A stretch of 61,429 bases of DNA from Octopus bimaculoides. Its lineage: Eukaryota. Positions 50,929-61,429 of the stretch are shown piece by piece. A program made the translations under genes and the position numbers. Under the pieces are notes generated by a model, which saw nothing but the letters and a program-made list of their open reading frames with translations, did no database searches and had not been told where the DNA came from. Each line of letters begins with the position of its first letter. The stretch's first letter is position 1. Location: NCBI RefSeq assembly GCF_001194135.2, contig NC_068988.1, positions 46,926,790-46,988,218 of the forward strand, in the 5' to 3' direction.

Positions 50929-53029
50929 CATATATACATATATGCAGGTATGTATAATATATGTGTTATCAGCGACATACTGTCTGAGTAGGCCAGATAA
51001 GCAGTACCTACCTAAACTTAAAACTATAAATATTAATTATTAAAAATATAAAATAATGATTTATAATTCATTATAAGAAGACTAATTTAATGCACTGAAT
51101 TCAATATGCAATTCAGTAAATAGCAAATATTTTGATGTTAATAAATTACTGGTACAATGCAGTGTTTTGTTTCAATGCTATATTGTATTACAGAATATAT
51201 ATCTACAAATGTTTTGGCAACCCTTTCTGTATAGGTAGATATAAACAACTTGTCTTTATACACAGTATCATCACTGGCAGTAAACAAACGTCTAGATTCA
51301 GCCCTGCATTAAGTCTTTGCTAGTGACTGAGTCTTTCTTTAACTGTTTATAGAAAGAATGCTTTTAAATCCATTAATACTAAGAACTTCATCAATTGGAC
51401 AGGTCAATTTGGATGTGTAATGCATTTTTGACACCTAGTTCAGTGAATAAATTACTGGTGTGTAAAAATCATCGTTTCATTTTCCATAAGCAATAGCTCT
51501 ATGGACAGTTAAGGAAGGTATTTAGCTGCTGATGAAATTCCAATAGTCGATTTCTCTTTTTCTGTTCACATGATATTTTACTTAAAGATTTATTTAAACA
51601 GGTTCTCTGCATCACAAGCCATTCTTGAAAGTCCACAGCCCAAAATATTTGAAACCAAATATCAGGTTTCGACAGTTGTTGATGGTCTAGGGTTTCATGT
51701 CATAATTTATTGAACCACACTGTTTCCCCAAGGCCTTAAACAATGGTCTAACAGGAGATCTTGGAGTACTGCGAGCTTACTTTAACCAATATGCTAATTA
51801 GTGAAGTAAAATTTTTACTCCATTAGTCTTTGGCACCTGCACTCATTGCCAAAACAACCACCAACTGAATGATTCTTATCATCACATCAACATGCTTCTT
51901 TGACCAAGTAACCCACTTCATATAAATTCTTATAAATTTCAGAAGACCATCTTTTGGATATACTTTTAAAAAATGGCCCATTCTTGCATTTCATCTGTCT
52001 GGTAGGGCTGGGTTTCATCCTGGCACTTATGAATGAGAGAAAATCTCTAAAACTGAGCACTGACTGACATTTTCACAATCGTCTTAGAATTTAATATCAG
52101 CTTGCACTATTATAATGCTTTGAATGTTGAGGTATTACTTTATAGTATTTTGAGATATTGAATTTTTAATGATTGCTGCATGAGAACAGTAAATAGCAAA
52201 ACTACTAGAAATAGATTCATTTGGAATTAGTCAGCTTAATACAATTGAAATTTTAATGTTCTTATTTAACTTCAAACAAATTCTAATTTTTATATAATGT
52301 TCTAATTCTATTTATATAATTGCATACAGCAACATGCTGACTCTTGAAGAAGTGATAGATGTTGAATAAGAATCCAGAAGTTGGGAAATGACTGGCCATT
52401 ATCGAAGACTTTCTAAATGGCGAATGTTGTGACATGTGGTCGAAAAACTGTCGATAAATCTGAAAAGTAACTGAGAAAGTTAAAATTCCACACATGTTAC
52501 ACAACTATATATCATTAAGATAAAAAATCTTCCATTTTTGACTCAATAAATTTTGTTCCCATTTACGCCTAACACACACTGCATGTATTATCTATTGGCT
52601 GTAGACTTACATAAGTCACTCGAGGGCCTAGATATTGACACCAAAGAACTTCAGCTTCCTAGTTAAAAGTAAAATACAAAATCTAAATAAGTATACATGC
52701 ATACATGCAGACATACATGTACACACACACACACACACACACACATACATGCACACACATATATACATACATGCTTATATACATATATATACACACATAC
52801 AAACACACACACACACATACATATATATACACAATAAATTTATAATTATATTAGAGAGTACATGAAGCACCATCTTTATAGAAATTGGGAGTAAAACCAA
52901 GAAATATAAATTAGCATGCACAAAATTGACAAAATGATCAATGTCAGAGTATTGGGATTATTCAGTAACACAAGAAAGCAGTTGTGTCACAGGAAACACA
53001 AAAGATTGTCAGATATAAATAGTGTTAGT

Positions 53030-56000
53030 AAGTTTTGGGGGTCAATGCACAGTACGGCCTGTCCTGGTGACATAAGGGGTGCTTTTGTTAGCTTGTGGCG
53101 ACGAAGGTGGAGGTGTAGGTGATTGTGTGTTCAAAGGTGCATGTGCGGGTGGATGTGTATGTGGTTGTAAATGATCAAAAGTGGGCGTGGCCGGAGTGTC
53201 ATCGAAGGGTTGGAAACCTCAAAATATGTCTTTTTAAGTCTGTCGACTGATACGGTCTCTGATCGACCATTGATGTCAAGACTAAAAGTTTTGGGTGTTC
53301 GCGATAGAACACAAAACGGTCCTTTATAGGGAGAAACGAGCGGTCCTCTGACAGAAGCATCCTGAGGGAATAGATTGGTCACGTTGGTGAAAGACTCGAG
53401 AAATACAAGCGAAATCTGGTGACATACGATGTTGGATCAGGATGTGATGAATTGGCTGGTGCTAACATTGTACCAGGAAATGCCAAGGTGGTACCGTAAA
53501 GGAGTTCGGCAGAGGAGAAACCTAAATCTGTCTGAACAGCAGTGCGACATCCAAGAAGAACGATAGGCAGGAATTCTGTCGAAGACTGCGAATCAGGAGT
53601 TGCGCATAGAGTGGCCTTCAGCTGCCTGTGAAAACGTTCGACCATCCCGTTGGAAGCTGGATGGTAGCTGGTCGTACGAATGTGATGAACCCCTAAGATT
53701 CGTGGTAATTCACGAAATAAGGAAGCTTCGAACTGGCATCCACGGTCAGTGGTTATCTTAGCTGGAACACCAAAACGAGCCATCCACTTAGAAAGGAAAG
53801 CTCGAGCGACTGACTCAGCAGAAATGTCAATATTAGAATGGCTTCATGCCAACGAGAGAAACGATCGATGCATGTCAATATGTAAGAGCAACGGGGACTG
53901 ACAGGCCATGGTCCAACCAGATCAATGTGTGCATGGCGAAAGCGTATCTCCGGCGGAGAAAACTGTCCAAGAGGAGAGCGAATGCGCCTGTGGATTTTCG
54001 AACTCTGGCATTTCACACAAGAGCATGCCCTAGCGGTGATCATCGGTGCATATTAGGCCAGAAAAACCGAGCCGTAATAAGCTTCACCGATGTAGCGATG
54101 CCAGGATGTGACAGTGAATGCAAAGCATCAAAAACGGAACGCTGGTGGTTCGCAGGTACAAACGGCCAGAGTGAACCAGTAGCTGTGTCACAAAGCCTTC
54201 AGTCGACGGAAGTGGAAGATAAGCAAACTTGCAACAGGACAACTTGGTAAAAGTTAGATTCACTGTGTCCAGAGCTGGCTGATCCTGCGCAAAAGCAGTA
54301 AAATCGATTGCAGCAGGAGATGAAAGAGAACACACAAGGAGACGAGAAAGTGCGCCAGCAAGTACGTTCTCTGTTCTAGGTATATACCGAATGTTACTCG
54401 TGAACTGGGAACTGTAGTCCAGGTGACAAAAAGCACGAGGCGAGTGTCTGTCCGATTTAGATGACAGAGCAGACGTAAGAGGCTTATGATCAAGATAAAT
54501 CACAAAATCTCGGCCCTCGAGTTGATGTTGAAAATGACGAACCGACAGGTAGATCGCTAAGAGTTCACGATCAAACGTACTGTAACGACGTTCAGTTGGC
54601 TTTAATTGACGAGAAAAGACTGCCAAAGCCCGAGTTTGATTGTCGACGGTATCTTGTAAAACAGCACCGACCGCAGAAACCGATGCAGCAACTGTTAAAG
54701 AGAGATGAGCATCAGGAACGGATGTGCAAGCAAAGGAACAGAAGCTATTTCCTTCTTGATTGACTCAAAAGAAGATAACGCCTCGGCAGATAAAGTGATA
54801 GGAGAATTTTTGTTTTATTTGCTTTCAATAGTTGAGTCAAGGGTAATAACTTGTCGGCACATTTAGGTATGAATCTCCTGTAAAAGTTGACGATTCCCTA
54901 GAAATGACGCTGTTGGCGTAAAGAAGTGGAAGGAGAGATGCGTTGAATTGCATCGACTTTGGAGGAGAGAGGTCGGATACCATTAGAGTCGATATAATGA
55001 CCTCGGAATTCCAGAGAGGTCTGTCCGAAAACACACTTATCGAGGTTGATTCGCACGTTGTAGGTGCGAAGCCGCTGAAAAAATTGAGAAAAGTGTTGGA
55101 GGTGATTTTCACGCCTGTCGCTAGCTATGAGTAAATCATCCATGTAAGCAAACACACAGTCAAGTCCACGGACAACTTCGTCAATAAACCTCTGGAGATG
55201 TACGCGTTGCATTCCACAAACCGAAGCTCATAAACAGGAACTCGAAACATCCAAAAGGGGTGGTAAGGGCAGTTTTTGAAATGTCGTCAGGGTTCACCTG
55301 AATTTGATGATAAGCTCGGATGAGGTTCAATTTGGAAAAAATAGTGCAACCATGCAAGTTTGAAGAAAAATCCTGGAGATTCCTTATCAGATAGCGATCA
55401 GGAACAGTGACCGCATTCAAACGTCTGTAATACCCCACCGAACGAAAATCTGAATCGCATTTCCGTACCAAATTGAGAGGAGATGCCCAAGAGCTGGTGG
55501 AGGGGGCGAATGAGGCCAAGTTGAAGGATATGCTCAAACTGAGATCGAGCCTTTTTAAACCGATCAGGAGTGAAAAGAAGGGTGGTCCAGAAGTAGTGAT
55601 ATAATGGCGAGTCGAGTAAAGTCGGATCTACCAGCTCTGGGAAAGAAGCGAAAAGAGAGTGGAACTGATCTCCAGCAGTGGCGACAAAAAAAAATGACAA
55701 GCTGAAAAAGGCATTAGTAGTAACCCGAGCAGGCGTAAACAAAAACGTAGAATCGTCCGCAAGTTTTTGTCGCCTGACATCTATTAACAAGTGAATGAGG
55801 CTTAAGAAGTCAGCGCCCAAAATGGGGCATAGTAGATCTGCTATAACAAAAACCCACCTAAAATCCCTTCGAAGGTTGAGATCTAGGTTTAATGAGACTT
55901 GACCGTAAGTTTTTATCAGGGATAGAATCATCACGTGCAGGTTAATGGCAGGTTGCTTCGGCTTGAATGAAGATGCAAAGGCCAAATAGAACAGCTGGAT

Positions 56001-56113
56001 CCAGTGTCAACTATGAACGATTCGTTAGACACACGATCCTTAAAGAATGCACGAGGAGATGAAAAATGGTGGGAAGAAATTGACGTGCCCAAATCTTCCG
56101 CAACTAGTTTCCC
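53030..56113 (-). pseudogene. pol: Gypsy pol: protease, RT, RNase H and integrase; multiply frameshifted
   Basis: FIVDTGSS; ILGADFL; WASPL...DRY...KTALTTPFG...AYMDDLLI; YSTFDRELLAIY...DHKPL; HIDLVGP...TTDRG-(35)-E; PYKGPF (GPY/F); VTRTGRTVH. Confidence 0.93.
56072..56113 (-). promoter_or_regulatory. -1 programmed ribosomal frameshift signal (gag-pol)
   Basis: G GGA AAC heptamer at 56113-56107 directly before the gag stop. A 7-nt spacer leads to the stem GGAAGA/UCUUCC. The -1 frame reads GKL...FIVDTG. Confidence 0.8.
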
Positions 56114-56869
56114 AACAGCTTGAACGAACAGGGCTGGATGCATCGACGGGTTTTGTCCTTAAATCTGGCATGGTACCAGCAGAGATTGGAAACCGTTGGA
56201 GCAGAACTAAACGACCATGGCTTAGAACGGCTTCTGCTGCGAGGACGACGAGAGTTGGCGTGTTCTTGCCACAGTGTGTCCATGCAACGTGCTAATGCAT
56301 CGACTCTCTCCAAAATGTCATGCGACGAGGCACGAGACTCTGTAGTAGTAGAGGAAGCTACTACGGGGTTCGAACAAGTATGGTGAGGTGCAGGCTTCAC
56401 AGTAAACTCTATGATCTTGTCCGTCATGATGGCTATATGATCGAGAGAATTGAAGTCAACCGTTGTGGCCAGTATCGAATGGACATTCAGCGGTAGACGA
56501 GAGAAAAATAATTTCCTTAGCAGAGGATTGTCCTCAAGTGGAGTGTCACTGAGTTCTCGCAAACGACGAAGAAACTCAGATGGTATCCAATCTCCTAGGG
56601 GTTCATCTTGCATCAGTGTCCGGAATTTACTCTTCGCAGATTGTGTGTTCCGACGGAGAACCTCGGATTTGACGGACGCGTAAGTCGCGTCCGGATGTGG
56701 GTCAGTGATGAGATTTTTCACTGAGCGTGCAAGAGATGAAGGCATTCCACAGTACAAATGGTTCAGTTGTTGTTGGTGAGGCACAGCATGGGTAGAAAAA
56801 TATGCATCCAATTGAGAAAAACCAAAGTGTGACGTCACCAGAGTATGCGGGCAAGCTGGGAAGACTCAT
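56104..56869 (-). pseudogene. gag: Gypsy gag (about 255 aa) with a single +1 frameshift near the start
   Basis: ATG at 56869-56867 gives MSLPSLPAYSGDVTLWF; one extra base in the run at 56817-56821 separates it from SQLDAYF...LGDWIPSEFLRRLREL...CWYH...PCSFKLLGN*. Confidence 0.9.
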
Positions 56870-59329
56870 CTTTTACAGAGGAGAGAAAGGAAAAAGGAAA
56901 AAAGTAAAGGAATGTACAAAACTCCCGCAGAGAAAAAGACCAAAGAACCGACAAAAGTGTTGTTGGAATAATAAACGTGTGTGCAGAAAAAAAAATTTTT
57001 CTTAACAAAATTTTTTCTTTTTTTTTTTCTTTTTGTACTGTGTGCAAACCTGTGTTACAGTCCGCTGAAAAAAAATAATATTTGTTCCGCTTTCTTTTTT
57101 TTTAAGATGGCATCAGAAATTGGCGGGCGAATTATTGGTTTTCTATCTCTGACAAGATGTGAGGCGTCGGAACATAGCGGTAGACGGGAACGATGACTGT
57201 AGGCTTCAACAGGAAAAATGGTGAAAATGAAACGACGGGAAACAATCTCGTCATTACAAGTTTACCGGCTCGTTCTTAGCAGTTTTCGTCATTTCTCAAC
57301 ATGGCGTCGTTTGTTTACTTCCTCTACAGAATATGGTACCCCGGGTGAAAGCGAACAGGTGATGAATTTGCGGTTCTTCTCTTCTGTTTATTCGTGTGTA
57401 TAAGTTTGTACCGCTTTTCTGTTTTGAAGTTGAGCGAACACACGAACACACAAGGCGCAGCACAGAGAAGTGACTGGCTAGTGGGAATAACTACAACATT
57501 CAACAACTAGAAGATAAGGTGTGAAGTTGTCCAGGTGTGAACCTCATTCTTTTAGGAATTGTAACGATGGCGTAACTATCGTATTCAAACTTGAGCTGCG
57601 AAGTTGATGGCCGGCTTGCTTGAAATACGTCCTCTCGTTGCTGCATTTAGAAACTAAGTCTTCGTTCGGGTGAACCATTTTAACAACGATAGAAGCTTTC
57701 GGTTGCTGAAAATCCTTTTAGACTGGGGTCGCCATTTTATAATGGAAGGAAGGTTTTTATGATACTTTTAAGGTATCTTCTTCTTCCGATATAATTATTC
57801 TGTTGATTCAACGAGCTGGAAATACGAAGAAGTTCTCAGGTAGAGTAAATGCAATAACCGTTTATTCACAGGTGCTTCGCACAAGGAGTTTGCTTTCAGT
57901 AACCATTTTCACAACAGTGCGTAGTTAGCCTTCTCTCCCATACACGTGAGGTTCAATAACTTCTGGAGAAAATGAATGTGGTATCACAGCGGGACAAAAG
58001 TCCGCTGTGAGCTCCTGGCTTCGAAGTTTTGCTCAACGTCAGCGTGAGAAGAAATGAATAGGAAAATGTTGTCTTTTCCTTAAATAATGGTTGCAGGCGA
58101 GATCTCCTTGTTTCAAATCGGCACTGGCTTCTTTGTGCCTAGCTACACACACACACACATGTATGTATGTATGTATGAAATAGTCTCAAAATAGCTAAAT
58201 TACTAATTGGTTTCATGCCAGAAATGAATGCAGAAATGGAGAACCAACTCCAGTAATCATCAGAAATGGCTGAAAGGAATAGTATAGGACCTTTGTCATT
58301 GCAAGCCTGAAAGTGTCACATCCTATTTGAGGGACTAAGGGCTGTTTTAAACGAAGAGAACTAGATTCATGGTAGATATTACCTAGTTCAAGGAGGAAAA
58401 GAACTATATTTGTTACCTTAGTTAATAAGCATCTTCCCTCAAACACAATATAGGAGAACTTTTCATAATCATACTTTGAATGTCTCACTTTGAAGGGAAG
58501 CTAATATAAACATATATCAGTAAGTAGGTACATCCCTAGAACAAAGCACATTGCTTATGCAGAGATAATGTCATGTCTCCACTCAATGGCCCCTGTAATA
58601 CAGTAACCATTGTGCAAAGGTAATGCTAAAGGATGCTTCTGGAGTCACAAATGTATAGTGATATGTGGGCATGACAGGAATCCCTTCAGAATTCAATAAC
58701 TTCAGTTCCTCATTAAATATCCAAGAAAGGCAAAATATCACAACTCTTATGTGACAAGTATAGACATTGAAAACAAACGTTACACATGACATCAAGCAAA
58801 GGATACAAGGAAAATGCAAATCTTATTTTAACAGCAGTACAAGGTGTGTACTTTGCTAAGTTGTGAACAAAATTACATTAAAAATTTCCTTCTCCTACAT
58901 GCCTACATAAAATATTGAAGCAGAGTTTTTTTTCTCCTACCCACATGAATGTAGATATATGTTAGCAAACTGTCCAACTGAAATTTCAGTATAAACTTCA
59001 GCCCTCCACACTTTCGTGTTTCCACTCACCGAAAGTAAGAAATTAATATAAAATTTGTCACAACAATCTATGATAAGCACAACACCATATGCAAACATGC
59101 ATGTACATGGCTATACATTATACCAAAATTAGTTCTCCTCACTCTCCCCATACTCACTCTTCCACTATTTTCCAGTACATCTATTACACCTTGCCTTTCT
59201 GCTAATCTCATCCTACATGCAAATATCTTGGATCTTTGTGTGGTTCTTAGTGCTGTCTTGCATAAGATTATCCACCCTTCAAGCAGTGCTGCCATCAGAA
59301 AATGCATCTTGTTCACTCTGTAAAGAGGC

Positions 59330-59470
59330 TGGCAATTGTGAACAGTAGAAGGGCACCAATGGATGTGATGAACGCCGATCTATGTGAGCAAAAGCTACCT
59401 ATACAAGAATACTCACGCCATGGCAAACTGTTCGACCCATGCCAGCCTAGAAATTGGAAGTACAGTGTCA
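59330..59470 (+). mobile_element. Degenerate RTE-like SINE tail
   Basis: gacccatgccagcctagaaattgg...aatgattatg resembles 40455-40500. Confidence 0.45.
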
Positions 59471-59628
59471 ATGATTATGTATATATACATACAATCATAT
59501 ATGTGTGTGTGTGTGTATAAATATATATATTCAGATATACATCTGCATAAATTTAATTTTATATAGATATATGTGATATATATACATTTACATACATACT
59601 TACATTAAACAATGACGATAATGATGAT

Positions 59629-59670
<42 letters not shown>

Positions 59671-59713
59671 ATACATCCATTTACATACATATTTACNNNN
59701 NNNNNNNNNNNNN

Positions 59714-59752
<39 letters not shown>

Positions 59753-59846
59753 TATACACACTCTCTCACTCACGCATACGCACACACATGTATGTATATC
59801 TTCATTTTATTTCGATTGAAATAAAAATGTCTTTATATTCTTCTTA

Positions 59847-59889
<43 letters not shown>

Positions 59890-60599
59890 GCATGTTCACC
59901 TTATTCTCTCTCATCTGTCCACAAGCATGTACACACACAAAACATAAATATCCTCATTTATCAGATGTTCTTTCACTAAAATTTCTCACACCCACAGACA
60001 AATACTTGTGTTTGTGTATGTTTCCATTTGTATGGCGTATAAAAATAAGCAAATATATCAATACTACAATATATTTATATATGTATATATTTAGACGTGT
60101 TTGTTTTTGTTGCAAATAAAATCTCACAAATACATAGATAATTTATTTCTTCTTGTAAACCAGTTTTAGAAGTTAACTTAATGAGTATGAAAAAAATATT
60201 CATTTTTCAAGCAATCATATAATTAATTATATTGAACTAGAATGGATAGACACTGAGAAATTAATATATTGTTTTATATATAGATTAAAATACAGATACA
60301 CACCCATAAAATAATGTATCTAGAACACTGATAATATTTTTGGTTTCAATACAGAAGTAAACTATGATCAGTTCTCAGGCCTTGATCAGTGGTAACAAAA
60401 AAGGTCCTTGTAAGAAAGTTAACCACATAAAATCTATCAAAGAAATAGTGGAAAACAGTGGATATCCAATATTTGTGATGACTGTAACAGATGTTCTCAC
60501 CTTTAAGAAATACCTTTACAAAGGGCTCCAAAAGCTGAAATCAACATTAAAATGTTATTTGAAATGGACTTACAGGAATGAGCTTTATGATAATGAAAA

Positions 60600-60812
60600 A
60601 TAATGGTTTCAAATTTTGACACAAAGCCGGCAATTTTAGGGGAAAGGTCAATCAGTTACATCGATCCCAGTGCACAGCTGGTACTTCTTTTATCAAACCC
60701 CAAAATTATGAATGGCAAAGTTGATCTCAGCAGTATTTGAACTCAAAAGGCAAAGCCTGAAGAAAAGCTGCTAAGCATATTATCTGGCATGCTAATAATT
60801 CTACCAGTTTGC
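60600..60812 (-). mobile_element. Meta-domain-like SINE
   Basis: Reverse complement of the shared core. Confidence 0.75.
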
Positions 60813-60951
60813 TGCTTTAATGTTAGAAATAATGATTTGCATATATGAGGAAAATATTTATTTATGCGGGGCCTGTTTAGCAAAGAACTCAATAAATTCA
60901 TATTCAGAGTAATGACATTAATATAGAAGCAACATTTAGAAATACAGATAC

Positions 60952-60988
<37 letters not shown>

Positions 60989-61099
60989 ACATGGACGTCT
61001 GTGTTTGTGTGTGTGTGTGCTTGCATGTGTGCCTGATTTATGTGTATATGTATGCATGTTTAGTTGTGTGTGAATATATATATATATATATATGTATAT

Positions 61100-61265
61100 A
61101 GGGGAGAATTCACAAAAAGAAAACAAAAGGCGAAGACAGGTGGTGTAGACAACAAACAGATGTATTAGTTTAACGCAAGGAAAGTGAAAAAGTCTTTAAC
61201 GTTTCGAGCCTACACTCTTCCACAGAAAGTAACACAGCAAGAAACAAGGAGAGAAAATAAAGAGG
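61100..61265 (-). mobile_element. Short repeat, probably derived from a Penelope-like terminal repeat, carrying a degenerate hammerhead-like motif (61194-61229)
   Basis: CUUU-CUGUGGA-A-GAGU(GUAG)GCUC-GAAAC-GU-U-AAAG; sits between TA microsatellites. Confidence 0.55.
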
Positions 61266-61328
61266 CACACTTGTGTCAGGAAAGGTAACAAGAGAGGCAT
61301 CTGGCTGTATATATACATATATGTATAC

Positions 61329-61382
<54 letters not shown>

Positions 61383-61429
61383 CTATATATACATATATAT
61401 GTAATTATATATATATTTGCATATATATA

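Larger units (their letters stand above)
53030..58147 (-). mobile_element. Decayed Ty3/Gypsy LTR retrotransposon, CsRn1 clade; 3' LTR absent, 5' LTR boundaries uncertain
   Basis: Domain order gag-PR-RT-RH-IN. Gag carries the CX2HX9CX3C motif (CWYHARFKDKTRRCIQPC) characteristic of CsRn1/Kabuki/Boudicca; the protease motif is DTG. Confidence 0.92.

Noticed and set aside
52860-53030. 3' LTR and polypurine tract of the Gypsy element
   Set aside because: No purine tract and no similarity to 57052-58147 downstream of the integrase; the element appears 3'-truncated.
56104-56869. Domesticated gag hypothesis
   Set aside because: One frameshift in 766 bp versus roughly ten in 3 kb of pol (counted by eye) is not convincingly different, and the lesion removes the natural start.
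58213-58819. Protein-like minus-strand ORFs beyond the Gypsy element
   Set aside because: No recognisable motif, hydrophobic bias expected from AT-rich DNA, and no consistent splice phases.
524-61126. Numerous ORFs rich in YI, CV, HT, poly-M/D/V/L or X
   Set aside because: They are translations of (TA)n, (CA)n, (GAT)n and (GTA)n repeats or run through N gaps, and carry no domain content.

Overview
AT-rich, microsatellite-dense eukaryotic scaffold from a gapped short-read assembly. The SINE, LINE and MITE repertoire looks cephalopod, probably Octopus; this is inferred from recalled repeat families, not from a search. I can support no intact host protein-coding gene. Nearly all ORFs in the track come from (TA)n, (CA)n or trinucleotide repeats, or run through N gaps. 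The window is mostly transposable-element debris: (1) a decayed minus-strand CsRn1-clade Gypsy LTR retrotransposon (about 53.0-58.1 kb) with gag, protease, RT, RNase H and DD35E integrase, plus an intact -1 frameshift signal; (2) R4/Dong-type and RTE LINE fragments; (3) a Penelope-like GIY-YIG fragment nested in an R4/Dong relic; (4) Tc1/mariner relics (DD37D maT-like, rosa-like) and pogo- and piggyBac-type MITEs; (5) a probable solo LTR carrying three NRF1-like palindromes; (6) many tRNA-derived SINEs. The most interesting signals are two minimal type I hammerhead-ribozyme-like motifs (32109-32154 and 61194-61229, both minus strand), a (TTAGGG)-type tract at a recurrent breakpoint of a TAA-tailed repeat, the PLE/R4 in-frame chimera, and a SINE-internal array of hairpin-bearing units. 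All alignments, translations and foldings were done by eye.
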